A stretch of DNA of 63,901 nt, filler included, from Collodictyon triciliatum (lineage: Eukaryota), in assembly GCA_043381765.1 (NCBI GenBank). It is 5 parts of 4 records of this genome, joined end to end, with 100 filler letters (N's around TTAATTAATTAA, not from the genome) between each part and the next. Parts side by side here need not be neighbours in the genome. Positions count along the whole stretch, not along the records: positions 1 to 23,022 come from JBHJMP010000360.1; positions 23,123 to 38,935 come from JBHJMP010000360.1; 3 more parts are not named here. One strand, given 5' to 3'. Below are positions 13,220 through 26,810 of this stretch, piece after piece. Numbering within the stretch: position 1 is the stretch's first letter; every line of letters starts with the position of its first letter. The notes beneath the pieces are model-generated. The model made no database searches and was not told the DNA's origin. It was given only the letters and a program-made list of their open reading frames with translations. The translations under genes and the position numbers were made by a program.

Positions 13220-16200
13220 TCGCATCGGAGCCAAAAATTTTGTTGGTATAGACAAGGGCACCTCATTCCTTGGTATACATCCTCGAATCTCATCATTATG
13301 CTTATTTAGTGCATCACTCATATCTTCGGGAGCATGCTCCCACAAGTGGGTAGATGACTAGTGACAATTATGAAATAATTAGAAAATAAGTTGTTTTTTT
13401 ACTTTGATAACAATGAACCACCTGAACATCATTGAAAACCAGAGTGACACGACCAATTGGAGCCATGGGTTTCTCGAAAAATGATAAGTTGCAATTGAAA
13501 AAGTATAAAAGTAAAGGAAAAGGCTTAAATTGAATATGCAACGAGATTTGTTTTATAAGAAAAATAGAATATTCATACGGCCTTCTTTGAGTATGATTCG
13601 TTCTTATTAGCTTCATCAACAAAAGGTTGAATTTCTTCCACTATTTGACTAAAAGACAGTCTTGAGGTTGGGGTTTGACTCCAAGATGTGGTTATCATAG
13701 CCTTAATCTTTGGGAGTATACCCTTACCTGCATCGGTTGGTAAATTGTCTCATGCTTTGTCAGGTCAGCCATGTTAACCTTTATAAAGCCAAACCTATGA
13801 TATCTTCGGACATGTTTGGTCGCAATCCTTCGGTTTGTATGCGGGATGCTATGGAGAACGGCATGGTCTGGATTCAATACATAGTTAATTAAATACACTA
13901 GTAAACATGTCTTCTTTACATCGTATTCAGAGTATATATGTGCAAAAAAAAAATACCGATAAATGATTCATGAGCAGTTTAGTTCAATTAGAATGCACTT
14001 ACCTCGCCCTCATATGGATCCATTTGGCTGAATATTTCCCAGCATACAATCACAAAACTAAATACATCCGATGCCATAGAATAGTCGAAGCTCCTTATTA
14101 CCTTTAAGATAATGTTATACAGTTTCAGTTGTCGCATTTCTTTTCTTCATTAGCATATGTTAACTCTATATTGGCCCCAACATCGAATGGAGATGTGTGC
14201 ATACCTCGGGAGCACTCCAAAATAAGTAGTTGTTGGTATCTTCTCCATTTAATCTCAAATTATGACGGATTGTATGTAAGCTAAAATCACTATTGGAAAA
14301 AAATTTGATTCTCAATTTTTTAATACACAATGATGTGAATTATTGTTGCCTGCGCAGTAATAAAAATTAGTATCAACCTTATCTTTAGGTTCAATTTTTC
14401 ATCAACCTGTGTAATTAAAAGTTAAAATAGTTTTGAATTTATTTGGTAAGTGATATCCACAAAAATTTGTAATGAAGTTGGTTTACGTGGATATTGAAGC
14501 TCGTCAGGTTACGATGAAGGATGACAGGAGTACTCATATGAAGAAAATTCATTCCTGAATAGGATGAAAAAGGGCACAAATTATATTTTTACCTCATGCA
14601 TCAAAATAAGAATAAATTATGTTTTTTTTTACCTCTCACAACGTCGAGTGCAAAAGTAAATTTATGGACACAATACAGGTCGAATATAGGATTGTGCAAT
14701 AAGTCATATAGAGTTCCTCTGGGTATAAACTCGACTAATAGTGAAACATGGAGATTTCAAGCATACTCCCATGTACAGAGTTATGTTTGGGTGTCTCAAC
14801 TCCCTGTTGAGTTCAAAAAAAAAAACTTAAAAACAGTTTTATTATAATTTATATTCAAAAAATGCGCATGAAAGGCACGTTTTGAGAAGTAAAAATGCGC
14901 CAAATTGGATATCTCTTCACTGAATGCTTTCTTGGTAATCTAATTCAGGTTTTGATTGGAGAGTTTCTTCACAGCAACTCGAGAACTACAAACCATCGCT
15001 TCATAGACCTATTAATATCAATATTTATTTTTGCTTAGTAAGAACATATTATTTGTCATTAAATAATTGGCTCTTTTTTATGATAAAAAACCTCAAATAG
15101 CGCTCCTTTTCCAACAATCTTCAAAATTTCAATATCTTTCCAGTCTATTGCCGATAATTTTGACATCTGATGTAATAAAACGGAACGCTAGCTAAGCTCT
15201 CATAATAATAGAATCAAGCTAACTTAATTTTTTCAAAATGAATGACCTCTCGCTGCTCGTTCAAATTCGTGTAACATCTCTTTACACCAAAAAAATGCAA
15301 AGAAGATGATAAAAAAGGAACCACCAACAACTCCACTAATAATAACTTCATAAGGAGTCGATTCTGTTATTGTTCATGATTTAGATGAACGAGCGTTTCA
15401 ATATATTTTAGGAATCGAGTAAATAAACCCACATTTATGGATAAATAAAACTTTAACATAAAACAGAATATCAGGGGACATAAGCAAAAAGATAAAAAAA
15501 ACCTGATGGTTTTTTGAACCATGAATCACAAACAGCCTAACTATATATGTGTAGGTAGAGTATACAGAAGTGCGGTATGTCTAAATTCAAAGATACATTT
15601 TTATCAGACACGGAGCATTTTGAGCAATCATTCGTTTTTGAGCGATAATATCCGGCATTACAGGTACATTCTTGACTGTTTGAGAGGTGGCTGTTTGGAG
15701 GACAATCTATTATATTTCATTTTAAAAAAAATCAATTAATTACGAAAAAATAAAATAAAAGGTGATGTTACATGAGAAGGAAAAGGTATATCTCACCATG
15801 GTAAGACAAAGAGAATCCCTTTCCTCCTCCATTTTTGTTCGAAACAAAGTGGATGTAAAATTGTCTTGTGGTAGAATGAAGCACTCTAGATTTCTCTGAC
15901 TTCTTTGTCTTTGAAAGGATTTGTCTTACAATTTATGGAATAGCAACAAAAATTCATGGACACTTCTGCCTATTTTAAGTCTATACATACGAGCGAGTCG
16001 CTATATTGGCCAATAAGTGACATGGTTTCCCTCTCTGGTGAATCGTAGATGGACAAATAGTCTCCACTTCCGATATTCTCGTTGCTGACAAATAGGTAGT
16101 TTGCCTGTAATGTTGTTTAGTAAATTTGAGCTGCGTGGCGCAAACGCGATGGTAAAGGTGTCTATTAATATAAAATATACATTATTGACTATCCACGAGC

Positions 16201-19200
16201 AATTTGTATTCGGTTGGTACTCAGCACTAAAACTTCCATCGGTGATAACTCCCGTTGAATTGGACGCGTCGATTACGTTGTTTTTCGAGCAATACCCTTT
16301 CAATATTGATTTCATTGAAGTTTAGAACTGTCCCTGATTCCGTCAATACTATATATACAGTTAAAATGAACACTTTTTTTTATAAAATTAACATGATTGA
16401 ATTACCCAGTTCATACGTCGACAACTGGTCAGAAAAGCCTTGGTCATAGCCTCCACCGAAAAAGTAGAGTCTTTCGTGCATGTTGGCCGATTTGTGGTCC
16501 GATACTGGCATCGGCTTGTCTCCTGATGGATACAACGGAACCCAAACATTCTCGTCTATATATTTTGAAGAAGAAAAAAGGGCGCACAACCAAAGTAAAT
16601 ACGAACATTCATAATTAAAACCCGAATTTCTGCCAAATGATTCAATAACATGCCTATTTTATATGCATGTAGTCCATTAACAGGTCCAAAGGAGTAACCC
16701 CCATGCAATACGAGATTGCCATGGCTTATTCCCGAGGAGAAGCGGGGTACACCCGGGGATGAGTTGTTTGTGCGAAACTCGATTTGTGTCCAGTTTTTCA
16801 CCACTGTAGATATTGATAAGGATATCTATTGGTTAAACATGGACTCAAACGAAAAACAGTAGCCTCAAGAAATTAAGCACGAACAGAAGTCGTAAGACCA
16901 CATTTCGTCCATCAATGCTGATTCATCCGATTTTCCACCATAGAACCATATTTTAGAATCGTACACGAACGAAGTAGAGTCGAATCTATTTGATGCAAGT
17001 AATAAAACCCTTAATATGAATTTTTTTAGATGATAGTGATCATAATCATAAAGTACCTTATCGAGGGCGCAGGCGATAAAAAGTTGTAGTCTCCATACAG
17101 GTTTCTTGCAGTTATGTTCATGACAAACATGGTTTGATACTCTATATCGGTAAGCATATACGAGGGTCTCCCACCCCACATATATAGAGCGTCATCATAG
17201 ACAGCACCTACGATTCTGTGTGGGAAAATGGATTAAGGAAAACAAATTAAATTCTCACTCTACTAATCGTTATACCCGCTGCGTTGATTCGGCTGGTTGG
17301 CATACAAAGGACGTTTCCCTTTTGGTGACCTCATGATTACAGTACTCCATGATTTTGTTTCTAATAAAAAAGTTTTGCAATCATAAATCAATAATACATT
17401 GGAAAATATGTGTATCCAGATTTTCTAACCAAGTTTGAAAATCCATGTTTCTATTGATGGGATTTCGCTTTCGCCGCCAATCAGGAAAAGATTCCCATCC
17501 ACGAAGGCTAAAACAGGATTGCTTCTTGGGAAAGGTAGGCGATTCAATTTTGCGTCAGACATTGACTCTCTGTGAATGAGCTCCCAAGTTTTGGTTTCTA
17601 TTGAACAAAAAAGGGGAGGATTCAGCATGTTTCAACTTCGCTGGTATTTTTTCTATTGCATCTCAAAAAATAAATTGCAAAAAAAAAATACTTGTATGGT
17701 AAGCCCATAGGTCGTTTATCCTTGCAGTAACCTCGCGGCATACCTCCCCGCCAAATACATATATTCTATTCTCATCAGAAATCATGCCGTGTCTTCTCCT
17801 TGCGTTAGGATAATGGTCAAGGGATGTGTCTTTCCATTCTTCGTCAGATAAATTCCATATCCATGACTCACTTAAAATGCATGATGCACCTGATAAAGAA
17901 GTGTCAAAAGTTTATTGTAATTTCTGATGTGTACAACATTTCATAATACATGGGTTTTGTAGACACCTGTATAAACAGATGCACCTCCGAAGATGAGGAC
18001 ATTACTGCCCACTTGAACGGACGACGCAGAGAATCGAGAGGGCGGGTCGGAGAAAGATATGGACGATGAATCGAGATACGAGTATGATTCGTACCATTCC
18101 ACCTCCCATTTTTCTAATATATTGATAAAAAAATATTATATTGAAATCATCCAAAAATAAAATTTTAAATATTTAATTAATAGGTTTGCGGATAGAATAA
18201 TTACCTATGTCAATCGATACAACATCCGAAAGAGATGTAAACGTCGGACTTCCTTGAGCTTGGGTGACCCCACCAAACACTTGGAGCTTACCATTCCACA
18301 CACCAAAGGCAGTGAGTGCTCTATTTTTCAAGATGAAGCCGAGTTTTTATCGAATCTCAATATTTGAGTGAAGCACTAAATGTTTACAATGGAAATAAAA
18401 ATTACCGATTGAGATTACAGTAATCAAAACTATCACAGGTCTCGTAGTTGCTTTTTGGGGTTCCGATACTTGCAATATTCTTTGAAGCTATCAAGATGCC
18501 GTTAATTTTATATTTCCTATTCTCCCGAGTAAAATATATTGAAAAATACAGATGAAATATCTAAATTAGTAAATGACAAACCAAAATCGTAGATAACTCC
18601 CCCACTGGATATCTTTGTGGATGTAAGTCCCCCAAAAATATAGAGCTTGTCTTTATAGATGAAGCTGACAAAAGATACTCTAGTGCCGTTTATATGTCAA
18701 AATCGGATGACAATAGTGAGACAACTACAGTATGAAGTCTTGCCTGGAAATGTCATTTGACTTTCCGCCAGGAACCAGCAACACCGAACCAGCGGCTATG
18801 AAAATATAATGCATTAGACTTGGTATCCTGCACAAACTATGTTTCTTTGAATATGCATCCTTAAAAATCATAGTTCAAAAAAACATGTCTACCAAAATTG
18901 ATTTCCCAGATTTCTCCGTGATTCTTGAAGGCATCAGAGCCACCAGTCACATAGATTTTGTTTTGGTAAGCATTACAACCGTGACCAGACCTTGGCTTCA
19001 TCGGTGTCTTGGTAATTACATTTTAAATCTTTTAATAGTTTCAGACAGTTTTGCCAAATTACTTTCACAAATTAATTCATAAAAACAGCAAAAAATCTCG
19101 AAAATTTTAAGAAAACCGTGTTGCTGTGCACCCTCCACTTGTTGTTAAGTGTGTTCAATATGAAAATGTCGTTCATGTATTTCCCTATTGCAGTATCGTA

Positions 19201-22200
19201 TCCTGCAATCAAAAATATTTGTGACTCCATTGACACAATACAGGTTGCATCGCGTGGATTGGGCACAGCTCCCGATAATTTTCTCCTTCTCCATGTGTGA
19301 AAATCTAAAATATAATAAAATATAATAATTGAGCAATATTTTTCATGGTTCATTTTCAAACGATTCATTTTACAGATCAAATCGATATCTCACCAAGATT
19401 ATCAATGGAGTGCGCTTGATTCAAGTCGAAGTAGCGCCTTATATTCTTCGATTCATCAAATACGTAGCCGCCCATTATGAAGCCCACATTATTAATCTTT
19501 GTTGTCAAAGGTGCGATTCTTGGGTGTGGGTTTTCACTCTCGATAGTCCATACATTTCTCTCATCTTTAGGAGTAATGTGTTTTTAGATTAGAATAGAAA
19601 GATGAGAAATATATGGTTTTAACCCAACCTGATAGATGAACACTTGTGTTGAGGTAGCAAAATGTCTAAATAACAGAATAGTTAGTATCGGGTTCATTTC
19701 GCTATTATTACTTTTAATATAACTGAAAAAGTAAAATAAAAATATATCAAAAGTCCACCAAAGCTTTCAGAATCGATTGGAGGATAAAAATTACCTGATT
19801 TTGTGCAGGCTGCAAAGTTCCAGAAGGACATGCAATACATTCCATATTTTGAACCCTGTAAAGTTTTGGTGTTTAGCTAACCTTTTCAATATTTTTCTGA
19901 TACAATAAGTGCGATTAGCACCTGTATGTGTTTTCTGGGCATGTGCACCCATCTGATGAAGGACTCGGTACTATGTTTCCTCTCGGACATACTGAATGCA
20001 TATTTGTATGTAAGATACCACGACACTCAAAATCAACAAGCATGCCAAATAGTAGGATATTGTATTTGTAACAGAGTGGAATATGATTTGATAACATACA
20101 AGGTAACAAGAACATGACATAGAATGAATACCAAAGACGCGAATTTTAAAGCCGTCATCAAGTGTACTGGAGTCTTTTGATTGGAATTCGACAGAAAAGC
20201 CACCCGGTGTTTCAATAAATAGTCCGTGTGTATCCTCACTGCCCAGGCTCTTGGTAATAGACTGACCCTGCAAAGTTTTCTTTGTGACGGGATTATATTG
20301 ACCACATATAAATAAAGAGAGCAAACATTTCTCTGATACACTATCAGCGTTGTATCGCCCGAAGCCAAGGATATTTCAGAAACATATAGATGAGAGGCGC
20401 TCTTGTATTCCCATCTGCATGAAGTTCCAGCAAAGTATCTGCCCAGTCCACTTCCATCATCAACTAAGTACACCCCCGGGTCTTGCTCAATCTCACTGTC
20501 CTCACAAAATCCTGTTTTTGGGATTAGTAATGTGATAAAGTACAAAAAAATTATAATGGTAGTGGTAGTTAGCAATTCTTGACGATTTGAGGTATTATCT
20601 ACTGATATCAAAGGAATTCATGGTATTCCCAAATCCATTCGAAATTGACCCTCCAAAAACATAGAGTTTACTGTCCAAAATAGCTCCAGATGAATACTAG
20701 AAAAGATGAATATTAAGAATGATACATAGCCAATTCAATCCCGGAAAAGATAGCATATTTATCATGGAGCTTACCCAAAGAGGCGGTAGATTTTTTGTGT
20801 TTATGTATGTCCAACTAGATTTCACTGGAATATTTTCAAATGATTGGATTGACTACAGGATTCAGTAAAGTTTGGCATATACCACGAGTTTCTGTTTTGA
20901 ATACATACCTGGGTCGAATGTCCATATGTCATTCATATTTTTGGAGCCGTCGTACCCATTTGCCACGAATAAGCGACCATCGTATCTGATAGCAATCATG
21001 TTAGTGCGTTTGATTGCTTTCAAGAGGAATAAAAAGGTATCTTACAACTTATAAAAATGATATCTTACGCAAATGATGAGTAACCGATTGATAGGACTGG
21101 CGAATTTCCTGGTAGACTGACTTTTGACCAGGATTTGAGACCTTTTGGAAAATGATGAGAATATATTTGCGTTTGGCAGCGACAACAATCGGTGTGGTTG
21201 CATATATAATAAATAGATGTGTAGAAATGTATTGACCTGTGTCTAAGCACCACATATCACTCTGAACTGTCTGTAAAACTCCTCCAAAAATGCAATATTT
21301 CTCGTTCATGCTGAATGAAGAGAAGTAGCTCCTTGGTGTGGGAGCTTTGCCGGCTGGCTTAAATCCAGTGACAATAAGGCCATCAGCGCTCCAATTAATC
21401 ACATGGACGTACCCGACATCGGCGCCAGAAGAACTGAAAGACATTTTGGGACCCAACATTATTTAATTTTATTTTAATCATAAATATAACTAAAAACACT
21501 CAAATATATAATATAATCACCTTGAAGACCCTCCCCAAATGTATATGTTGTTTCCGATAGATAATGGAGATGTTGCATATCGAGACGAGGGTGGATATGG
21601 AGACTTGTCTGTGACACTCAGCTTCAACCATGACTTTGACTCTATGATTGATTTGGGAAAGTCCACAGCATCATGTTACAAGAATAAGCGATGAATAATT
21701 GAATCTCTGGTTTTTAAATTCGCTCCAAATATGCATTACACATACCCAAGCTAAACTTCCAGTATGACGACTCAGTCGGAAATCCACCTTTTGTCCCTCC
21801 AAAAATCAATACCGTGTCATTCATCGCGATTTGAATTGCATCTCCACGTCCTATATGCATAGTTATTTTATGGTTATTTATTGATTGATAAGAGTTGAAA
21901 TTAAAACAAACCAGACGGGAGTACTTTGTCATTTTCTTCAAAAACCTTTTCCCAGCTTCTGCTAGCTTTTTTTAAATGTTATTAGATCTAGTGTACCAGA
22001 AATTAAAAGAAAGCTTTTGAAATTAATTAAGCACATGTAAGAATGGTTTACTTGTATCGAACATCCAGATATCATTATAATTGATGGCGTCTTTACGACA
22101 TCCGAAGCCTCCAAACATCAGGAGTCTTTTATTTGATATGGGAACTAGTGAAGTTGATGCTCTTCCAATTGGATAAAATGATGTTGACTTTGAGTCCCAT

Positions 22201-22985
22201 GTTTTGGAGACTAAAATTGATATTTTTTTTATCAGAAATGATTTTTGTTATGAATTTTTATGATCTAAAAAGTTACTGATTACAATAGCCATACCTGTGT
22301 TGAATCCCCAAACATCATCGTCTACGCAAGTATCAGATTTGGAAAATCCACCTTGGCAATACAGCCTGCTTCCAAAAGAAAACCCTTGCATAGCTGATTT
22401 TCTTGTAGGAACAACAAATGGCATAGCATTCCAAGCTGATATGGAGTTACTGTAGACAACTTTGAATGTGTCTTGTGTACCAAACCACATGATATATTGA
22501 TTATTAGCAATAATAATTTTAGTTAGAGGAAGGACTAAGGAGCTACACGTCATGCATGATTGGATAAAGGTGATGGTATTTAGATGTTTGAACATACTCA
22601 TGTCTATCATCAAAACATCTGTATTAATTTTTTCCATCGTGCCAGGTGAGCCTCCATAAGCGACATAGTTAGAACCGATAATTGCGCCACATGTGGTCGC
22701 TCTAGCTAGATTTGCATCGACCTGCCCTACTTGCGACCACTGCTCCGACACTATTTTTTAAAATGATTTTGATGTATTTACTTTGGAAAATATTTTCATT
22801 TTATGATTTGGAAATGAAGCACTCATCGAACTTACCGAAGTCAAAATCTAAAATTTGCAGAGGTAATTCTTGTCCAGTTGTACCCATCATAATTCTCCAC
22901 TTGCTGTTATAAACGAAAGATGAAAAGTGGTATCTCCCCAATGACGATGGCCCATTTTGCTGAATCAGACTCCACTCGTTCGTTA
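10472..22985 (-). pseudogene. Kelch/CUB receptor kinase-adenylate cyclase-kinase paralogue A; 5' end lost in the gap, cytoplasmic half disrupted
   Basis: Exons encode about 9 Kelch repeats, a CUB domain (DDGSGLGRYFAGTSCRW, 20130-20510), a Cys-rich segment, 12 Kelch repeats, a second CUB (TDGSFSAEYQPNTNCSW), a Cys-rich segment, a TM helix (VIISGVVGGSFFIIFFAFFW, ~15290-15350), a kinase, a cyclase (YEVKTEGDAFMVAF; RMDYFCRMVNRSAR) and a second kinase (HRDLKSSN, DFG, APE). Lesions: in-frame TAG at 14942-14940 and 11817-11815, a frameshift near 14745-14752, weak GC donors at 14898 and 11500, and no recognisable subdomain IX exon in kinase 2. Confidence 0.8.
13112..13218. repeat. Intronic (TAT)n microsatellite preceded by (CTT)n
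   Basis: Directly visible inside a cyclase-domain intron; it explains the poly-N/poly-I ORFs. Confidence 0.95.
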
Positions 22986-23022
22986 CTTTTGTGTCATGCC
23001 ACAATTTTTTTATTAAAATTTC

Positions 23023-23122
23023 NNNNNNNNNNNNNNNNNNNNNNNNNNNNNNNNNNNNNNNNNNNNTTAATTAATTAANNNNNNNNNNNNNNNNNNNNNN
23101 NNNNNNNNNNNNNNNNNNNNNN
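23023..23122. other. Artificial contig linker N44-TTAATTAATTAA-N44
   Basis: An identical six-frame-stop spacer recurs at 38936, 44232 and 55182. It is not biological sequence. Confidence 0.95.
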
Positions 23123-26100
23123 GCATAATGGAAGACAGCCGAGGATGTGCATCAGCCGGGACTTGCGGGCGAGTTCCTTTCACCACCTGAATTTTATTTA
23201 GACACCAATTAAGCAAGTGATAATATTAACATTTCTTGTTGCCTAAAGTAAAGCTTCATACTAATGAACATTAATTGTATAAATAAATATAATGGTTGTC
23301 ACCTCGATACCAATCTTTAAGGGGTCCATGTTGCCGTATGGTCGTTGGCGGGCAATAACTTCCCAGCAAACTACACCATAGCTAAAGACATCAGCTTTCT
23401 CTGTGTACCTAGACCCTTTTAAAACCTGTCCACCAAAAGATACATTCAGCTATCCAGTTTACTATTATTTCACGCAGAAAATCACTAGGGATTCGTAGAG
23501 GTTAATTTTGAATTGATAAACAACAGGGAAGAAATACAGGGAGTGGCTTATCAACGCCTTAAATGCACATAATTACAAACCTCTGGCGCTATCCAGGCAC
23601 CTGTTCCGCAACGAGTCATCGTTTGGTTGTCGGATTTTACTCGCGCCAAACCAAAGTCACATAGCTTGATGGTGTATGGGTCTTTGGTTGATACCTTACA
23701 GGAAGAATAAAAACTCGTCATTATGCATGAAAACCTCTATTCTAAATTCAACGTATGTAATTGTGCCGAAAAAATGTGTTCTCTCTTGGCTTACCAAAAT
23801 ATTTGGGCTCTTCAAATCACGGTGAATAATCGGAGGTTTGTGGGAGTGCAAATAGGCCATGGCATTGGCGATTTGGTAAAGAATAGCTACCTTATCAGCT
23901 GGAGTGACCATATTCTATTCAAATACATAGAGCCGCTTTTCAGTTTTGTGTAATGCATACGTAGGTTTGAACTGTTCTATGTTGTCATATGTTGGAAGAT
24001 AGGTAGATAATGACCCAGGAAGCTAAACTATTTTAAGTAATTATTTCAACGGATCAAAAATTTGATAGCATACGGAGGAATTACGCAGGGTCTCGGAGAG
24101 GTTTCCAAACTCGGCATGCTCCAGAAGTAGGCAGAGATTTGGTGGTTTAATGCAACCACCATAGAAGTTGAGGATGTTTTCGTGATTTAAGTCCCTATTG
24201 TGATGTTAGAACTTGCACAAGATTCAACAATAGCTTAATAATTTTGTGCTGATTTTTTTCAATGCCTTAATGTATTAATGATCATTTTACTTCAATAGCA
24301 TCAGCTCGGCGAGGAACGAAAAGTACTGCTTCTCAGCCATTTTTTGCTTCAAGAATTTTTTAACTGCAACTTTTTTTCCTTTATACTTGCCGACAAAGAC
24401 GGCCCCGTAGGAACCAGCTCCTATTGCGTCTCCGATAATTTCCACGTCCTCAAAGTTGACATGCCACGCTGATGTCTTGAATTGTACGAAAATTAGAATA
24501 ATCAGCAATGTCTTACTTTGCGTGTCAAAGAAATATAATCACTTAGAATAAAGATTTTTGTTTTAGAAAAACCTGTAATAACATTTTGTCGTTCATTCGA
24601 TTTAATTGCATGAAAGAATTTTTTATTTTTATTTTTTTTGCTCACTAATGTATTTTTTTCAGACCTCATGAATAAGGGCAACTGATTCGGCCTCGTCCAT
24701 GACTCCTACAGCAATACCAGCGGAGGAACTGGAGTTCGACGAAGCCATACTGAACCGATTGGCTCTCTCTGCCAATGTCATTGGGAGTATCTAAAAATAA
24801 TCTTTCAAGTCAATTTTGAAATACTGACTAGATTGGAAAGCATTACTGAGCTCTTTATATTCCATTTCCTGAATACATGAAACCTCATAAATATGCTCAT
24901 GTGTTGCAAGTCCCTTCAGCTCAACTGTTCCCAAATCACGGATATTTGGCCTTCCAAGGCTGTCCCAATCCTCTTCACATGCCTATATGATATAAAAACA
25001 TATTTTTTTCATCAATAACTCGCATCTTTGACATTAAAATTAGCTTGATTACTTTCTGATTCGCATCACATAGATACATTTCGACATCGGTGGTTCGAAA
25101 AGAAAGGTGTGACGAGCTTTTAGGACACGGCCGCTTCAAATCTTGTCAAATATGATTATACCTTGTATGCAGATTCACCGATAATGATTTGACCCCCTTT
25201 TCCATATGCACCGATACGAGCAGCTCTGTTCACCATCTTTCCAAAGTAGTCCATGCGCCCAGTGACAGGGTCCTGCTTACATAACGGATCCCCGACATGG
25301 ATGCCCTAATGCAAAAAAATCATAATCCACACAAAAACCAAGTCATGCAGTACGACCAAAGGAGGGATATCAAAGACATTCTTTAGACACTATATAAAAC
25401 ACTAATTTGATCGATTTTACCATGCGAACTCGGAGTCCACGGAAAATTGCGCTTCCCCCAACAGACTCGCTCAGTGCTGCCTCGTGGTTTAGTATTGCTT
25501 GTGGCCAGTCGAGATTTAGTAAAAGCTCTTGTGCCTGCAAACAGAACGACGCTGCTTGTTGTGCATTGTGGAAAGCAATCATGAAAGCGTCTCCTTCTGT
25601 CTTCACTTCATATCCCTGGATAATTGAAATATCTATTAATGGAAACTGGATACCTCGAAAAAAAATTAAATGATGAATGGTTGTATGAAATTTTACTGCA
25701 TTTCTCTTTATGACCCCTCTAAGGACATCGTTATGCATAGAAAGTGACTGCGCCATCTCATCGGCATAACGCTCCCACAACGAAGTTGAACCTTCGATGG
25801 GTTCAAAGTATCATTTATTTATCACTATTTATGTCTCTTTCCTTTCTTGAACACTTTTATACACATTAAATCTTTGATGAAATTCAGAGAAATGATTGCC
25901 TTGGACATCGGTGAATACGAGCGCTACGGTTCCTGAGGGGGACTTTTCTCTCTTCTCGCTCATCGTCTTTGTCTGAATGATTGAATTATAGTTGCGCATT
26001 AAAGTCAGACACAAATGCGATACCAAAGGTTTTGATTCAGATTTAGCCCCTTTTTTAAAAAAATCAAAAAGAAAAGGACGCATTTTTTTATTACCATAGC

Positions 26101-26712
26101 CATCGATAATGATAATTCATCGCCAGTTTCATACTCGACAAATTGTGCAGATAGTGCCCTGTATATATCTGTGAATGTATCTCGCCTTGATGGGTTCTGT
26201 TATTTAAATTTTCTTTAATCAAGATAATTTTGTTTCAATAGTCTGCCACGATAACCACACTCCTATACATCGCACATCAGCACAGGGCGATATTATTGAT
26301 AGCAGACATACTTTATCCCAGTTCTTTTTCATAATGTCTTGGACTCCTTCCGGCATTGTGTCTGTTGTTGGCAGGGATGGGCGAAGATTATCCTGTAAGA
26401 CTCTCATAGCAACAGATATTGCTATTTCCTCTCCCTATTTTGAAACAGACATTTAAGTCAAAGTTACGAGACAGGGCCAAAGAACATGACAGAATTTCAA
26501 ATGATTGATTTTCCCTGAAAAGAACTTACCTGGAACGGCTCAGATCGCGTATATATCTCCCACATAATAATTGAAAAACTGTATACATCAGCTTTTTCTG
26601 TGTATTCATCCCCTGCAATCACTTCTGGTGCCATCCACAGTAATGTGCCTGGCGGTTGGGGGTCTTTTGATGGTGTCTTGTCTCTCATTTTGGTTAAACC
26701 AAAATCACTGCA

Positions 26713-26810
<98 letters not shown>

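Noticed and set aside
11815-14942. In-frame TAG codons as evidence of stop-codon reassignment
   Set aside because: TAG properly ends Rab34, the PDE, the carboxypeptidase and the FIRRM-like gene. The in-frame TAGs occur only in a gene that also has a frameshift.
17200-17362. Apparent frameshift in a Kelch exon of paralogue A
   Set aside because: An acceptor 8 nt earlier (cacag|AATCGTAG) restores the frame, so it is not a definite lesion.
23067-23078. TTAATTAATTAA palindrome (also at 38980, 44276, 55226) as a biological motif or transposon target
   Set aside because: It is always centred in 44+44 Ns, so it is an assembly spacer.
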